From: Bacteroidetes bacterium HGW-Bacteroidetes-4 | GTDB taxonomy: Bacteria; Bacteroidota; Bacteroidia; Bacteroidales; SZUA-534 | Assembly (NCBI GenBank): GCA_002840905.1 | Contig: PHDD01000005.1 | Coordinates: 3,012 to 67,011 of the forward strand | DNA: 64,000 nt | Direction of reading: 5' to 3' | Part shown: positions 29,517 to 39,110 of the stretch, one piece after another | How positions within the stretch are numbered: position 1 is the first letter of the stretch | Layout of the letters: the number at the start of each line of letters is the position of its first letter | Notes under the pieces: generated by a model | The model's database searches: none | What the model was told of the DNA's origin: nothing | The model's input: only the letters and a program-made list of their open reading frames with translations | Translations under genes and position numbers: made by a program

Positions 29517-31223
29517 ATGACAACAAAAAATCAGGCTGAGGAAAAAACCAACTCGTTAAATTTTATCGAGAGCATTATTGAAAACGATATAAAAAACAAT
29601 AAAAACGAAAAACGGGTACATACCCGATTTCCACCTGAACCCAATGGATATTTGCACATTGGGCACGCCAAATCAATTTGTTTGAACTTTGGCCTGGCCA
29701 AGCGCTTTGGTGGCAAATGCAACCTAAGGTTCGACGACACCAACCCTACCAAAGAAGAAGTGGAATATGTTGATTCTATAATGGAAGATGTTCGCTGGCT
29801 GGGATTTGAATGGGATGGCGATGTTCATTATGCCTCAGATTATTTTGACCAACTTTACCTTTGGGCTGAAAAAATGATTCTTGACGGAAAAGCTTATGTT
29901 GACGACCAAACATCGGAACAAATTGCATCACAAAAAGGAACTCCCACTGTTCCCGGAAAAGAAAGTCCGTTCAGAAACCGAACTCCAAAGGAAAATCTTG
30001 AATTATTCCGGAAAATGAGAGCGGGTGAATATAAAGACGGTGAAAAAATTCTTCGGGCTAAGATTGACATGGCATCATCGAACATGCACATGCGCGACCC
30101 GATTATGTATCGCATTATTCACAAAGAACATCACCGCACCGGAAACAAATGGTGTATTTACCCCATGTACGATTTTACCCATGGCCAGTCGGATTATATT
30201 GAAGGGATAACCCACTCGGTTTGTACCCTGGAATTCGAAGTTCACCGCCCTTTATACAACTGGTATTTGGATCAGCTGATAGACACCGAATACCGCCCGC
30301 AGCAAATTGAATTTGCCCGGTTGAACCTGAGTTACACCGTAATGAGTAAGCGGAAACTACTGGAGTTGGTTCAAAATAAATATGTGAGCGGCTGGGACGA
30401 TCCTCGCATGCCAACTGTTTCAGGAATGCGCCGCAGAGGCTATACACCCGAAGCCATCCGCGACTTTGCCGATCGGATTGGAGTTGCAAAACGGGATAAT
30501 GTAATTGACGTTTCTCTTTTGGAATTTTGTGTTCGCGAAGATTTGAATAAAAAAGCCGATCGGCTAATGGCCGTTATCGATCCCATTAAATTGGTTATCG
30601 AAAATTATCCCGAAGGAAAGATGGAAATGGTTTCGGTTGAGAATAATCCGGAAGACGAAAGCCGGGGAAGCCGTGAAATGCCTTTCGGAAAAGAAATATT
30701 TATTGAACGCTCCGACTTTATGGAAGATGCACCCAATAAATTTTTCCGCTTAACCATCGGGAAAGAAGTTCGACTAAAAGGAGCCTATATTATTAAAGCT
30801 GAACGGGTTATTAAAGATGCTGAAGGCAAAATTACCGAAATCCAGTGTACTTACGATCCCGAATCGCGTAGCGGAAGCGGCTCTGAAGCCAGTAAACGAA
30901 AAGTTAAAGCCACCATTCACTGGGTTGAGGCAAGCCAGGCGGTTCCCATTGTGGTGCGTCAATACGATCGCTTATTCAATCACGAAGATCCGGGTGGCCA
31001 GGAGGATGATTTTAAAAATTATTTAAATAAAGAATCCCTCAAGACCTTAACTCATTGTTTGGCAGAACCGGCAATTAAAAACCTGAAAAAACAGGATCGG
31101 GTGCAGTTTCAGCGTCAGGGCTATTTTTGCGTTGATTTGGATTCAAGCAATGAAACCATCATATTTAATCGTACGGTAACCCTGAAAGACGATTGGGCTA
31201 AACTATCGTCGAAAAACGATTAA
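29517..31223 (+). CDS. glnS: Glutamine--tRNA ligase
   Basis: 568 aa. It has the class I HIGH motif ([17 protein letters not shown]), the KMSKS variant (VMSKRKL) and the GlnRS C-terminal anticodon-binding beta-barrels. Confidence 0.95.
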   Translation: MTTKNQAEEKTNSLNFIESIIENDIKNNKNEKRVHTRFPPEPNGYLHIGHAKSICLNFGLAKRFGGKCNLRFDDTNPTKEEVEYVDSIMEDVRWLGFEWDGDVHYASDYFDQLYLWAEKMILDGKAYVDDQTSEQIASQKGTPTVPGKESPFRNRTPKENLELFRKMRAGEYKDGEKILRAKIDMASSNMHMRDPIMYRIIHKEHHRTGNKWCIYPMYDFTHGQSDYIEGITHSVCTLEFEVHRPLYNWYLDQLIDTEYRPQQIEFARLNLSYTVMSKRKLLELVQNKYVSGWDDPRMPTVSGMRRRGYTPEAIRDFADRIGVAKRDNVIDVSLLEFCVREDLNKKADRLMAVIDPIKLVIENYPEGKMEMVSVENNPEDESRGSREMPFGKEIFIERSDFMEDAPNKFFRLTIGKEVRLKGAYIIKAERVIKDAEGKITEIQCTYDPESRSGSGSEASKRKVKATIHWVEASQAVPIVVRQYDRLFNHEDPGGQEDDFKNYLNKESLKTLTHCLAEPAIKNLKKQDRVQFQRQGYFCVDLDSSNETIIFNRTVTLKDDWAKLSSKND

Positions 31224-31243
31224 TATTAAACCTTATTCATAGT

Positions 31244-31272
31244 AAAGCCGGTGTCTCAAAACCGGCTTTTTC
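31244..31272. terminator. Bidirectional Rho-independent terminator between glnS and the convergent histidine kinase gene
   Basis: AAAGCCGGT (31244-31252) / ACCGGCTTT (31261-31269) with an 8-nt loop. T-runs are present on both strands. Confidence 0.75.
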
Positions 31273-31286
31273 TATTAAGAATGGTT

Positions 31287-33365
31287 TTAAAGCTGATAAT
31301 TATACTCAGCCGGAATAAAAATCTCAGCTTTACTTCCCATGGGTTTAAGTTCTGTTCCATTATCGAGAACCTGAATACTGATGTGTTTTGTATTAAATGT
31401 ATTAAAATAGGCCACCACCTGCTCCATCATCACCATGTTTTTTGAATACGCCTGTTTTGAATTCGAAAGGTTCCGGTGCATGCCATCGTCGGTAATAGAA
31501 ATATATACACCCTGCTTATTGGCATCGTCGATGGTAATTGAAATTTTTCCGGTAGAAACTCCTGAAAGAATTCCCTTTTTCAGCGCACTTTCGGTAAAGC
31601 TAAAAATAATTAATTTGGGAACCTTAATGCTTTTATTCACTCCGGGCGAAATCATAAAATCGTAGCTGAATTTTTCTTTGAACCGAAATTTTTCAAGAAT
31701 CAGGTAGTTTTGTACATAATCGAGTTCCTCTTCCAGTGTTCGCGAAAATTCGTCGATACTGACAATGGCTTCACGCATAAATTTTGAAAACAAACCAAGG
31801 TTTGAATAGGCGGTTTTCCTGTCTTCTTTGTTAATTGAAAATGCAATAGAATTTAAGGCATTAAATAAAAAGTGTGGATCCAATTGATTGCGAATCAGGT
31901 CGAGTTGCATTTTATAGAAACGTTCGTTATCAAACTTAATACGTTCAACCTGCATATGCTGGATTTTTTTTAGCGTCCAAAAAATAAGGTAAGCAAGTAA
32001 GGCAACACCAAAAACAACGATAAAGCGCAACCAAAACCATTTGTTTTTTGAATAACTCACCAGGTACTGATGGTTCTCATTTTGTACCGAGAGTAAATTC
32101 TCATTTGACTGCTGCATTTTTACCGAAAAATAAGTTTTCTGGACACTCAGCCCGGGAATATCGATAAAAACAGGATTTGAAAAATCGCGGCGATAAATAA
32201 CCAGCCGATTGGTTTGCACTATAACTAATTCCTCGTTCTGGTCGTTATCCACATCGATAAATGCCACCTGATTTATCGCTCCGTCAATTTTCAGGTTTTT
32301 AACCGGTTCCAATTCCGAATTATAAACCTGAATCAAACCATCGCGCGAAAAGGTTAATATATGATTCCAGCTGGAGCGAATGGGGTCGAACACAAAATTC
32401 TGATTACTCAACTCCACCTGTTTTAGTATCTCACCTTTGGTTCCCAGCAACATTAATTTTGATTGTTCATTATCGCGTAAGGGCCAGCTAAGAATTCCAA
32501 TAAAAGTTCCTTTTTCGTTTTTTAGGGGAAACGTACTGGTAACCCCCATGGGACTTTGAAAAAGCAAGGGTACCGTATAATACGACAGGTTTGAGCGTAA
32601 AACAATTGCAGCAGAAAAACGGCTTTTTTCTTTTCCACCAATCCAGGTTTGGTTTGTACTGTTTAAAGTTGCTAAAAAAATTTCAGGACTTCCGTCCGCA
32701 TCAATATCGTACAATATTGGGGAGCCTACCAGTTGAACGCCTAATTCGGGCGCTTTGGTCAATTGCCTGTTTTCAATGTCGAATGAAAACACCGCTCGTG
32801 GCGAAGCACTGAACCGGCTGTTTACTGAAAAAATCAATTCTTTAAAACCATCCTTATTCAAATCGGTCATTCCTCCCGAATGAATTACCAAATGCCGGTT
32901 CTCTAAATTCGATGGTACTTCGCAAACCAGTTGCTTTTCAAAAACAAACTTATTTTCATCGGAATTATCGAGGCCGTACAAATAAATGGCATTATCGATT
33001 TTTGAAAACACAAATACTTCGCTAATGCTGTCGTTGTTGTAATCGCCGGCAAAAACATCAAAATTTTCAACAATCTCGCCCTCAAGATACCACACCCGCT
33101 CAAACGCTCCGCTGGAGCTGTACTGGTTAATGACAGGCTGCCGGCTATCGAAAATATGATAATAAATAAATTCTTCTGAGTTGCCATCCTTATCCACATC
33201 GACAAAATAAACTTTTTGCCCATCGGCCAAAAGTTGGTTGGTATCCGACATCAAGCTTCCCAGGTATTTGTCGAACATGCGGCGCTGTGCAAAATGTCCA
33301 ATGGTAATTCCCACTAACACAACCACAATAGTCCAAATCCAGTTTTTAAAAAGTTGCTTAATCAA
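31287..33365 (-). CDS. LytS/YehU-type sensor histidine kinase with an FG-GAP/VCBS-like extracytoplasmic repeat domain
   Basis: 692 aa. An N-terminal TM helix is followed by five Ca-binding-like D-x-D/N-x-D-G-x-x-E repeats (DVDKDGNSE, DYNNDSISE, DLNKDGFKE, DIDADGSPE, DVDNDQNEE). A second TM helix (FIVVFGVALLAYLIFW) follows, then the His_kinase motif LIRNQLDPHFLFNALNSI and an HATPase-like C-terminus. Confidence 0.8.
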   Translation of the reverse strand: MIKQLFKNWIWTIVVVLVGITIGHFAQRRMFDKYLGSLMSDTNQLLADGQKVYFVDVDKDGNSEEFIYYHIFDSRQPVINQYSSSGAFERVWYLEGEIVENFDVFAGDYNNDSISEVFVFSKIDNAIYLYGLDNSDENKFVFEKQLVCEVPSNLENRHLVIHSGGMTDLNKDGFKELIFSVNSRFSASPRAVFSFDIENRQLTKAPELGVQLVGSPILYDIDADGSPEIFLATLNSTNQTWIGGKEKSRFSAAIVLRSNLSYYTVPLLFQSPMGVTSTFPLKNEKGTFIGILSWPLRDNEQSKLMLLGTKGEILKQVELSNQNFVFDPIRSSWNHILTFSRDGLIQVYNSELEPVKNLKIDGAINQVAFIDVDNDQNEELVIVQTNRLVIYRRDFSNPVFIDIPGLSVQKTYFSVKMQQSNENLLSVQNENHQYLVSYSKNKWFWLRFIVVFGVALLAYLIFWTLKKIQHMQVERIKFDNERFYKMQLDLIRNQLDPHFLFNALNSIAFSINKEDRKTAYSNLGLFSKFMREAIVSIDEFSRTLEEELDYVQNYLILEKFRFKEKFSYDFMISPGVNKSIKVPKLIIFSFTESALKKGILSGVSTGKISITIDDANKQGVYISITDDGMHRNLSNSKQAYSKNMVMMEQVVAYFNTFNTKHISIQVLDNGTELKPMGSKAEIFIPAEYNYQL

Positions 33366-33480
33366 AGGGTAACACTTAATTATGGAAGCTAAAAATACAA
33401 ATTTGATTGAATGGTTATCGTTTCTTGCCGTAATATTTGCAACAAAATGAAGAATATTTTCTTTTCAAATCCCTGCAGAA

Positions 33481-34590
33481 TTAAGTAAAAATACAATCAC
33501 CATCGCCATCCTGAACATTAATTTGCTTATTGCCTATGGCCCATCTATTCTTGAGTTTATTTGCAATGAAATATTTTTGCGTCATGTCCTTTTTAAATAA
33601 GGCTACTCCCATAATCTTTTCAATAGTTTCAACCAAAGATGTTTGGTATAAAGTAAACGAATTGGCATTAATTTTATGACAAAAAACAACAATTGCTCTG
33701 CCAAGTGTGGTGTTAGAATCGTAAGCTGCGTGGTAGTATGGAATAGTTACTGCTCTGTTGCGAACTTTAAGAAGCGCTAAGCCGCTAATATAACCATGGG
33801 GGCTTCTAATAAGCAGGGTTTTATAATAAAAACAAGTGGCATACGATGAAAATGGATACAGCTGCAAATCGTTATTGGTTTGAGTTACCCAGGGATGGTT
33901 CAAAATCCATCGAATTTCTGTCTCGCCCCGTTTAAAATTGGATGCTGGGTTTGCCGCCATATAATTTAAAACCTCGTCTGAAATGTTCTCATTATTACAT
34001 TCCACTTCATTCGGCCAATTTTTGAATCGCTTTTTTTGGATGAAATAATAACCCAGAAATAACAAGTTCATGCTTAAGTCAAATAATTTGAAGGCAAAAT
34101 GTAAACGCTCAAAAACCACATTCCTTTTTTTTAGTAAAGCAGCATTATGAAACCTGAAATAATATCGGACACCTTGCTTTTCAATTAAGGGTTCAAACTT
34201 TTTTGATTTATCGTATAGAGCTTTCGAGTTGGGGGCATAATTGGTGAAAATGATGCTTCCTTCCCAATCGGCAAATAATTCATCTAATAATTGAGTGGCA
34301 ATTCCCATGCGTCTGTATTCTGTGCGCACCCAACTACCACTCAACCAGGCAAACTTTATTTTTTGCCCATCAAGTATCAGGTAATCTGCAAAAAGGGTTC
34401 TAAAAGCAATTAGTTTTGATCCATCAAAAAGCAGGTACAAAACCACATCGTTTTTGTCGGCTCTTGGATTATTTACATAAGATTTTATACGGTTCGAGCT
34501 AATTGGTATCACATCAGATTCTTTATATTCCGATGAATTGGCATAGGCTTCAAGCTCACCTAATCGTATTTTTTTAATCTGATATTCCAT
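33481..34590 (-). CDS. GNAT-family acyltransferase with an uncharacterised C-terminal extension
   Basis: 369 aa. The acyl-CoA-binding-type motif VRTEYRRMGIATQLLDEL lies in the N-terminal half. The C-terminal roughly 200 aa have no motif I recognise. Confidence 0.6.
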   Translation of the reverse strand: MEYQIKKIRLGELEAYANSSEYKESDVIPISSNRIKSYVNNPRADKNDVVLYLLFDGSKLIAFRTLFADYLILDGQKIKFAWLSGSWVRTEYRRMGIATQLLDELFADWEGSIIFTNYAPNSKALYDKSKKFEPLIEKQGVRYYFRFHNAALLKKRNVVFERLHFAFKLFDLSMNLLFLGYYFIQKKRFKNWPNEVECNNENISDEVLNYMAANPASNFKRGETEIRWILNHPWVTQTNNDLQLYPFSSYATCFYYKTLLIRSPHGYISGLALLKVRNRAVTIPYYHAAYDSNTTLGRAIVVFCHKINANSFTLYQTSLVETIEKIMGVALFKKDMTQKYFIANKLKNRWAIGNKQINVQDGDGDCIFT

Positions 34591-34604
34591 ACGGGAAATT
34601 TTTT

Positions 34605-35483
34605 TTATAATGGAAACCTACTTTTTTTTAATCGGAAATAGTTTTCTGTTACGGCTCCAAACCCCTTAAAAAATTGTGCAACGCCCTCTATATTAGAACC
34701 TTCAAAATCGATAAGGGTATCTGACAAAGCCTGTTGTTGCATAATGTGGTTTATTACAGCAAACATGCTTCGCTTTTCTTTGCCCTGTTCACTACTGGCC
34801 GCAAACAAATAAACCAGCCGGTTTTTAAAATGAACCAGACAAACAGCCGCCATTAATTGATTTGTGTCGCTATAAACCCCCACAATTTTAGCCTGTTTGT
34901 TTGTTACCAAATAGGTTATTAACCTATAAAGGCGTTCGGTTTCTGCTTTTTTTATTGAAGCAACCAGGGTTTCTCTTTTAAGCGCTATAAAATCGTTTAG
35001 ATCTACCTTATCGGTAGTAGGGTTGTTTAGTTTTGTGGCCTTTTTAATATTTCGACGTGTGTTTTCATTGCATGCTTTAAGCAACTCGTTGTAAGGTTTG
35101 TTAAGGGGTAATAGATGATTGGTTCGGATATTTAATGAAAGTTGTTTAACCTGATTTAGAAAATTTAATGAAATATCAAGCTTCATAAAACGGAAAGGAA
35201 TATGTGCTAAAAATTCAAATGTGTGGTTATCAGTCGCCCGATGGTAAAACACCCCCAATTGCTGAGCAAACAAAGGATGATATATATATTTAATTCCCAG
35301 TTTTTGTTTCCAGGGTAAAGGCATAACCGCCGAATAATCGTCGGCAACCAGGGCATCCCAACCCGGACAAACAATATCGAGGTACCAGCTCAGGCCATAA
35401 ACCAGTCCATTGGGAGCCTCGTTAATACAGGCATCCCACAAGTTTTTATCAATATCCTTATGCTTTAGGTATTTAATGTTCAT
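34605..35483 (-). CDS. FemAB-like / Acetyltransf_6-type GNAT-fold protein of unknown function
   Basis: 292 aa. The N-terminal pattern IDKNLWDACINEAPNGLVYGLSWYLDIVCPGWDALV...YSAVMPLPWKQKLGIKYIYHPLFAQQLGVF is widely conserved in Bacteroidota. The C-terminal half (AAVCLVHFKNRLVYLFAASSEQGKE) resembles the FemAB/BioF2-like acetyltransferase fold. It sits 14 nt upstream of the GNAT gene. Confidence 0.5.
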   Translation of the reverse strand: MNIKYLKHKDIDKNLWDACINEAPNGLVYGLSWYLDIVCPGWDALVADDYSAVMPLPWKQKLGIKYIYHPLFAQQLGVFYHRATDNHTFEFLAHIPFRFMKLDISLNFLNQVKQLSLNIRTNHLLPLNKPYNELLKACNENTRRNIKKATKLNNPTTDKVDLNDFIALKRETLVASIKKAETERLYRLITYLVTNKQAKIVGVYSDTNQLMAAVCLVHFKNRLVYLFAASSEQGKEKRSMFAVINHIMQQQALSDTLIDFEGSNIEGVAQFFKGFGAVTENYFRLKKSRFPL

Positions 35484-35587
35484 ATTTTATTCAATCGTTC
35501 CGGTAGCAAAATGCCGAAATTAACTATTAATTCGTAGTTGCGCATCATTTTTCTTTCATGTAATTTCGCAGCCATAAAATACAAACT

Positions 35588-36163
35588 ATGTTACAAATCG
35601 ACAATACCCTGATTAGTTTAGATGTAATTGAAAAAACTTTTGTTTGCGATTTGGGAACCTGCAAAGGAGCCTGCTGTGTTGAAGGCGATTCCGGCGCCCC
35701 TTTAGAGGATAAAGAAACGCAAAAACTGGAAGAAATTTTTAAGACGGTAAAAAAACACATGACTCCCGAAGGCATTGCCGTAGTTGAAAAACAAGGCAAA
35801 TGGGTAATCGATGCTGATGGTGACAAGGTAACCCCATTGGTTAATAACCGGGAATGTGCCTACACTTATCGCGACGAAAAAGGCATTGTGTTTTGCGCCA
35901 TCGAAAAAGCGTACCTGAATGGCGAAATCGATTTTCAGAAACCCTTGAGCTGCCATTTATACCCCATAAGGATAAGCAAATTTACCGAGTTCGAAGCCTT
36001 GAATTATGAACGCAACAAACTTTGTATTCCGGCCCGAATCCATGGCGAAAAGCTGGGTGTACCCATTTATAAGTTTGTAAAAAACCCGCTAATCCGCAAA
36101 TACGGAGCCGAATGGTACAAGCAATTGGAAATTGCCGCCAACGAATTCCAGAAAAGCAAATAG
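35588..36163 (+). CDS. DUF3109 family Cys-rich protein
   Basis: 191 aa. The N-terminus MLQIDNTLISLDVIEKTFVCDLGTCKGACCVEGDSGAPL is the characteristic DUF3109 start. Additional conserved Cys residues are present (ECAY, VFCAIEKA, LSCHLYPIR). Confidence 0.7.
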   Translation: MLQIDNTLISLDVIEKTFVCDLGTCKGACCVEGDSGAPLEDKETQKLEEIFKTVKKHMTPEGIAVVEKQGKWVIDADGDKVTPLVNNRECAYTYRDEKGIVFCAIEKAYLNGEIDFQKPLSCHLYPIRISKFTEFEALNYERNKLCIPARIHGEKLGVPIYKFVKNPLIRKYGAEWYKQLEIAANEFQKSK

Positions 36164-36458
36164 CTGTTAGACTTTAGACACAAGACTCTTAGATTGCTGG
36201 TTTTTGCTTACCGGATTATGGTTGTGGAATAAATTTCTCAGGGATTGGTTTTTATAGCTTAAAAAAAACATCATTTTATTCCAAGTGATGCTTCTTTAGC
36301 AGTACATAAGCGTCATATTGTTACAACAATTTTCCTTTACAGCATCAAAAAACGTGACAAAGGCAAATATCCCTTACAAACACCTGTACATACAACCAAA
36401 AAGAATAAAAATCGAGTGCTTGCCGGCTTTACACCGATGGTAAACTCAATTCTTTGAT

Positions 36459-36466
36459 TATCTTTG
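36459..36466 (+). promoter_or_regulatory. Candidate -7 box (TATCTTTG) for lepA
   Basis: Exact TAnnTTTG, 27 nt upstream of the lepA ATG. No clear -33 TTTG at the expected spacing. Confidence 0.35.
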
Positions 36467-36493
36467 CAGCCAAAATTATTGACTGATTGATAG

Positions 36494-38281
36494 ATGGAGA
36501 ATATTCGTAACTTTTGCATCATTGCCCATATCGACCATGGGAAAAGTACTTTGGCCGACCGCTTATTGCAGGTTACCAATACAATTAGCGAGCGCGATTT
36601 GCAAGCCCAGGTTCTTGACGACATGGATCTGGAGCGCGAGCGGGGCATTACCATAAAAAGCCATGCCATTCAGATGGACTATGAATGGAATAATCAAAAA
36701 TACGTTCTTAATTTAATTGACACTCCGGGACACGTCGATTTCTCATACGAAGTGTCGCGTTCCATTGCAGCCTGCGAAGGTGCCCTGTTAATTATTGATG
36801 CTACGCAGGGTATTCAGGCCCAAACCATTTCGAACCTGTACCTGGCCATTGAGCACAACCTGGAGATTATTCCCATTTTAAATAAAATGGACTTGCCCAA
36901 TGCTATGCCCGAAGAGGTAAAGGACCAGATTATTGAATTGATTGGCTGCGACGAATCAGATATCATTGAAGCCAGCGGCAAAACAGGGCAGGGAGTTCCA
37001 GAAATATTAGAAGCCATAATAAAAAAAATTCCGGCTCCAAGTGGTGAAAAAGATGCCCCTTTACAGGCCTTGATTTTTGATTCGGTGTTTAACTCGTTCC
37101 GCGGAATTATAGCTTACTTTAAAGTGAACCATGGCGAAATTCGCAAAGGCGACCTGGTAAAATTTGTGAACACCGGAAAAGAATACAATGCCGATGAGGT
37201 GGGCGTATTGCGATTGAAGCCCGAACCACGCGAAATTTTACGTACCGGCGATGTGGGTTATATTATTTCCGGAATAAAAACCTCAAAAGAGGTAAAAGTA
37301 GGCGACACCATAACTCATGTAAAAAACCCATGTACCCGTGCAGTTGCCGGTTTCGAAGATGTAAAACCCATGGTTTTTGCCGGAGTTTATCCGGTTGATG
37401 CCGACCAATACGAAGATTTACGTGCATCGCTTGAAAAACTACAACTAAATGACGCCTCCTTAACTTTTGAACCTGAATCGTCGTTAGCCCTGGGCTTTGG
37501 TTTCCGTTGCGGGTTTCTGGGCCTGCTCCACATGGAAATTGTTCAGGAACGGCTCGACAGGGAATTCGACATGAATGTTATTACTACCGTTCCCAACGTT
37601 TCGTTCACCTGCTACACAAAAAAAGGCGAAAAAATTGAGGTACACAACCCCTCGGGTTTACCCAAAGAAAACCTGATTGATTATATTGAAGAACCTTACA
37701 TTAAAGCGCAGATTATTACTGTTGCCGATTATATTGGGCCCATCATGAAGCTTTGCATCGACAAACGGGGCGAATTACAAAGTCAGGTATATACCTCATC
37801 GAACCGGGTTGAAGTTTCGTTCGAGATGCCCCTTTCTGAGATTGTTTTCGACTTTTACGATAAATTAAAAAGCATCTCTAAAGGCTACGCATCATTCGAT
37901 TATTACCGTACCGGCTTTAAACGGGCAAAACTGATTAAGCTCGACATTCTTTTAAATGGTGAAAGTGTGGATGCGCTTTCGGCACTTATTCATGTGGACC
38001 ATGCCTACGAATTTGGCCGAAAAATATGTGAGAAACTAAAAGAACTTATTCCGCGACAACAGTTCGATATAGCCATACAAGCAGCTATTGGGGCAAAAAT
38101 TATTGCCCGCGAAACAGTTAAAGCCGTTCGTAAAGATGTTACCGCCAAATGTTACGGTGGTGATATTACCCGAAAACGTAAGCTTTTGGAAAAACAAAAG
38201 AAGGGTAAAAAACGCATGCGCCAAATTGGTAATGTAGAAGTTCCCCAAAAAGCATTTTTAGCTGTTCTAAAGCTTGATTAA
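36494..38281 (+). CDS. lepA: Translation elongation factor 4
   Basis: 595 aa with the GTPase motifs [14 protein letters not shown] and NKMD, plus the LepA-specific C-terminal domain ([23 protein letters not shown]). Confidence 0.97.
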   Translation: MENIRNFCIIAHIDHGKSTLADRLLQVTNTISERDLQAQVLDDMDLERERGITIKSHAIQMDYEWNNQKYVLNLIDTPGHVDFSYEVSRSIAACEGALLIIDATQGIQAQTISNLYLAIEHNLEIIPILNKMDLPNAMPEEVKDQIIELIGCDESDIIEASGKTGQGVPEILEAIIKKIPAPSGEKDAPLQALIFDSVFNSFRGIIAYFKVNHGEIRKGDLVKFVNTGKEYNADEVGVLRLKPEPREILRTGDVGYIISGIKTSKEVKVGDTITHVKNPCTRAVAGFEDVKPMVFAGVYPVDADQYEDLRASLEKLQLNDASLTFEPESSLALGFGFRCGFLGLLHMEIVQERLDREFDMNVITTVPNVSFTCYTKKGEKIEVHNPSGLPKENLIDYIEEPYIKAQIITVADYIGPIMKLCIDKRGELQSQVYTSSNRVEVSFEMPLSEIVFDFYDKLKSISKGYASFDYYRTGFKRAKLIKLDILLNGESVDALSALIHVDHAYEFGRKICEKLKELIPRQQFDIAIQAAIGAKIIARETVKAVRKDVTAKCYGGDITRKRKLLEKQKKGKKRMRQIGNVEVPQKAFLAVLKLD

Positions 38282-38301
38282 AACAGCACTAACAAAACGC
38301 T

Positions 38302-38336
38302 AAAACCCTGAAACAGCTTAGTATTCAGGGTTTTTT
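38302..38336 (+). terminator. Rho-independent terminator after lepA
   Basis: CCCTGAA (38306-38312) / TTCAGGG (38324-38330) extended by A/T pairs and followed by T6. Confidence 0.75.
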
Positions 38337-38398
38337 GCGCGTATACCTTCGGGCTCCATTTAAAGAGAAAAAAAATGTCGTTTTTTTTCAGGATAATA

Positions 38399-38429
38399 TT
38401 TGCACGGAAAAGTTTTTTAACTACTTTTG
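38399..38429 (+). promoter_or_regulatory. Sigma-A promoter for tRNA-Phe (TTTG-N19-TACTTTTG)
   Basis: TTTG at 38399-38402, a 19-nt spacer, then TACTTTTG at 38422-38429, ending 20 nt before the tRNA 5' end. Confidence 0.6.
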
Positions 38430-38449
38430 CATCGCTCTTAAGCAAACGG

Positions 38450-38522
38450 GGTGCCATAGCTCAGTTGGTAGAGCAATGGACTGAAAATCCATGTGTCCTT
38501 GGTTCGATTCCGAGTGGCACCA
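38450..38522 (+). tRNA. tRNA-Phe (anticodon GAA)
   Basis: The sequence is GGTGCCATAGCTCAGTTGGTAGAGCAATGGACTGAAAATCCATGTGTCCTTGGTTCGATTCCGAGTGGCACCA. The acceptor stem is GGTGCCA/TGGCACC, the anticodon loop is CTGAAAA, and the T-loop is GGTTCGATTCC. The track ORF 38375-38566 overlapping it is spurious. Confidence 0.95.
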
Positions 38523-38527
38523 CCTTG

Positions 38528-38560
38528 AAAAAGGCTCGATTTTATCGGGCCTTTTTTGTT
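38528..38560 (+). terminator. Rho-independent terminator after tRNA-Phe
   Basis: AGGCTCGA (38532-38539) / TCGGGCCT (38545-38552) with one G-U pair and a 5-nt loop, followed by T6. Confidence 0.75.
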
Positions 38561-38575
38561 ATTTAAGCAGTACAA

Positions 38576-38929
38576 CTATAAGTCATCCAATGTTTCGCGC
38601 AACTTCTTAGTGAGCGAACTTACCACCAAATTATAACTGTGATCAATCCATTCACAAACTTGCTTTTTTGAAACCGAACCATCCATTACAATGGTGTTCC
38701 AATGCTGTTTGTTCATGTGGTAGCCTGGTAAAACAGCGGGATATCGTTCGCGTAAATCCAGCGCAAGCTCCGGATCACATTTTAAATTCAGGGTTAACTC
38801 GCCTTCCAGATTGGTTAGTGCAAACATTTTTCCCATAACTTTAAAAACAAGTGTATCATCACCAAAAGGCATCGTTTCCACAGTCCCTTTTTTTTTCAGG
38901 CAATACGTCCGAATTGCTTCAATATTCAT
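38576..38929 (-). CDS. MmcQ/YjbR family DNA-binding protein
   Basis: 117 aa. IRTYCLKKKGTVETMPFGDDTLVFKVMGKMFAL and GYHMNKQHWNTI match the YjbR family pattern. Confidence 0.75.
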   Translation of the reverse strand: MNIEAIRTYCLKKKGTVETMPFGDDTLVFKVMGKMFALTNLEGELTLNLKCDPELALDLRERYPAVLPGYHMNKQHWNTIVMDGSVSKKQVCEWIDHSYNLVVSSLTKKLRETLDDL

Positions 38930-39110
38930 GGTATGTTAGTTTTTTTCCGGCAAAAAGCCGTATATCATCAATAAGCAAAAACAACACTTGTTGGTTTTTG
39001 TTATTATCTGCATCTTTGTTAATCGATACAATTTGGTAAATTTAAATACTTTGCTTATCAATTGAATAAGTTGCCAAAAAAATGTTGCATGCCATTAAAA
39101 CTATTGAGCC

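Noticed and set aside
35545-36669. The minus-strand ORFs 35545-35826 and 36337-36669, overlapping the starts of the DUF3109 and lepA genes
   Set aside because: They overlap strongly supported plus-strand genes, show skewed composition (Ser/Cys/Arg-rich) and have no motifs.
38375-38566. A 63-aa ORF spanning the tRNA-Phe locus
   Set aside because: It entirely overlaps a canonical tRNA-Phe with its own promoter and terminator. The apparent peptide is the translated tRNA.
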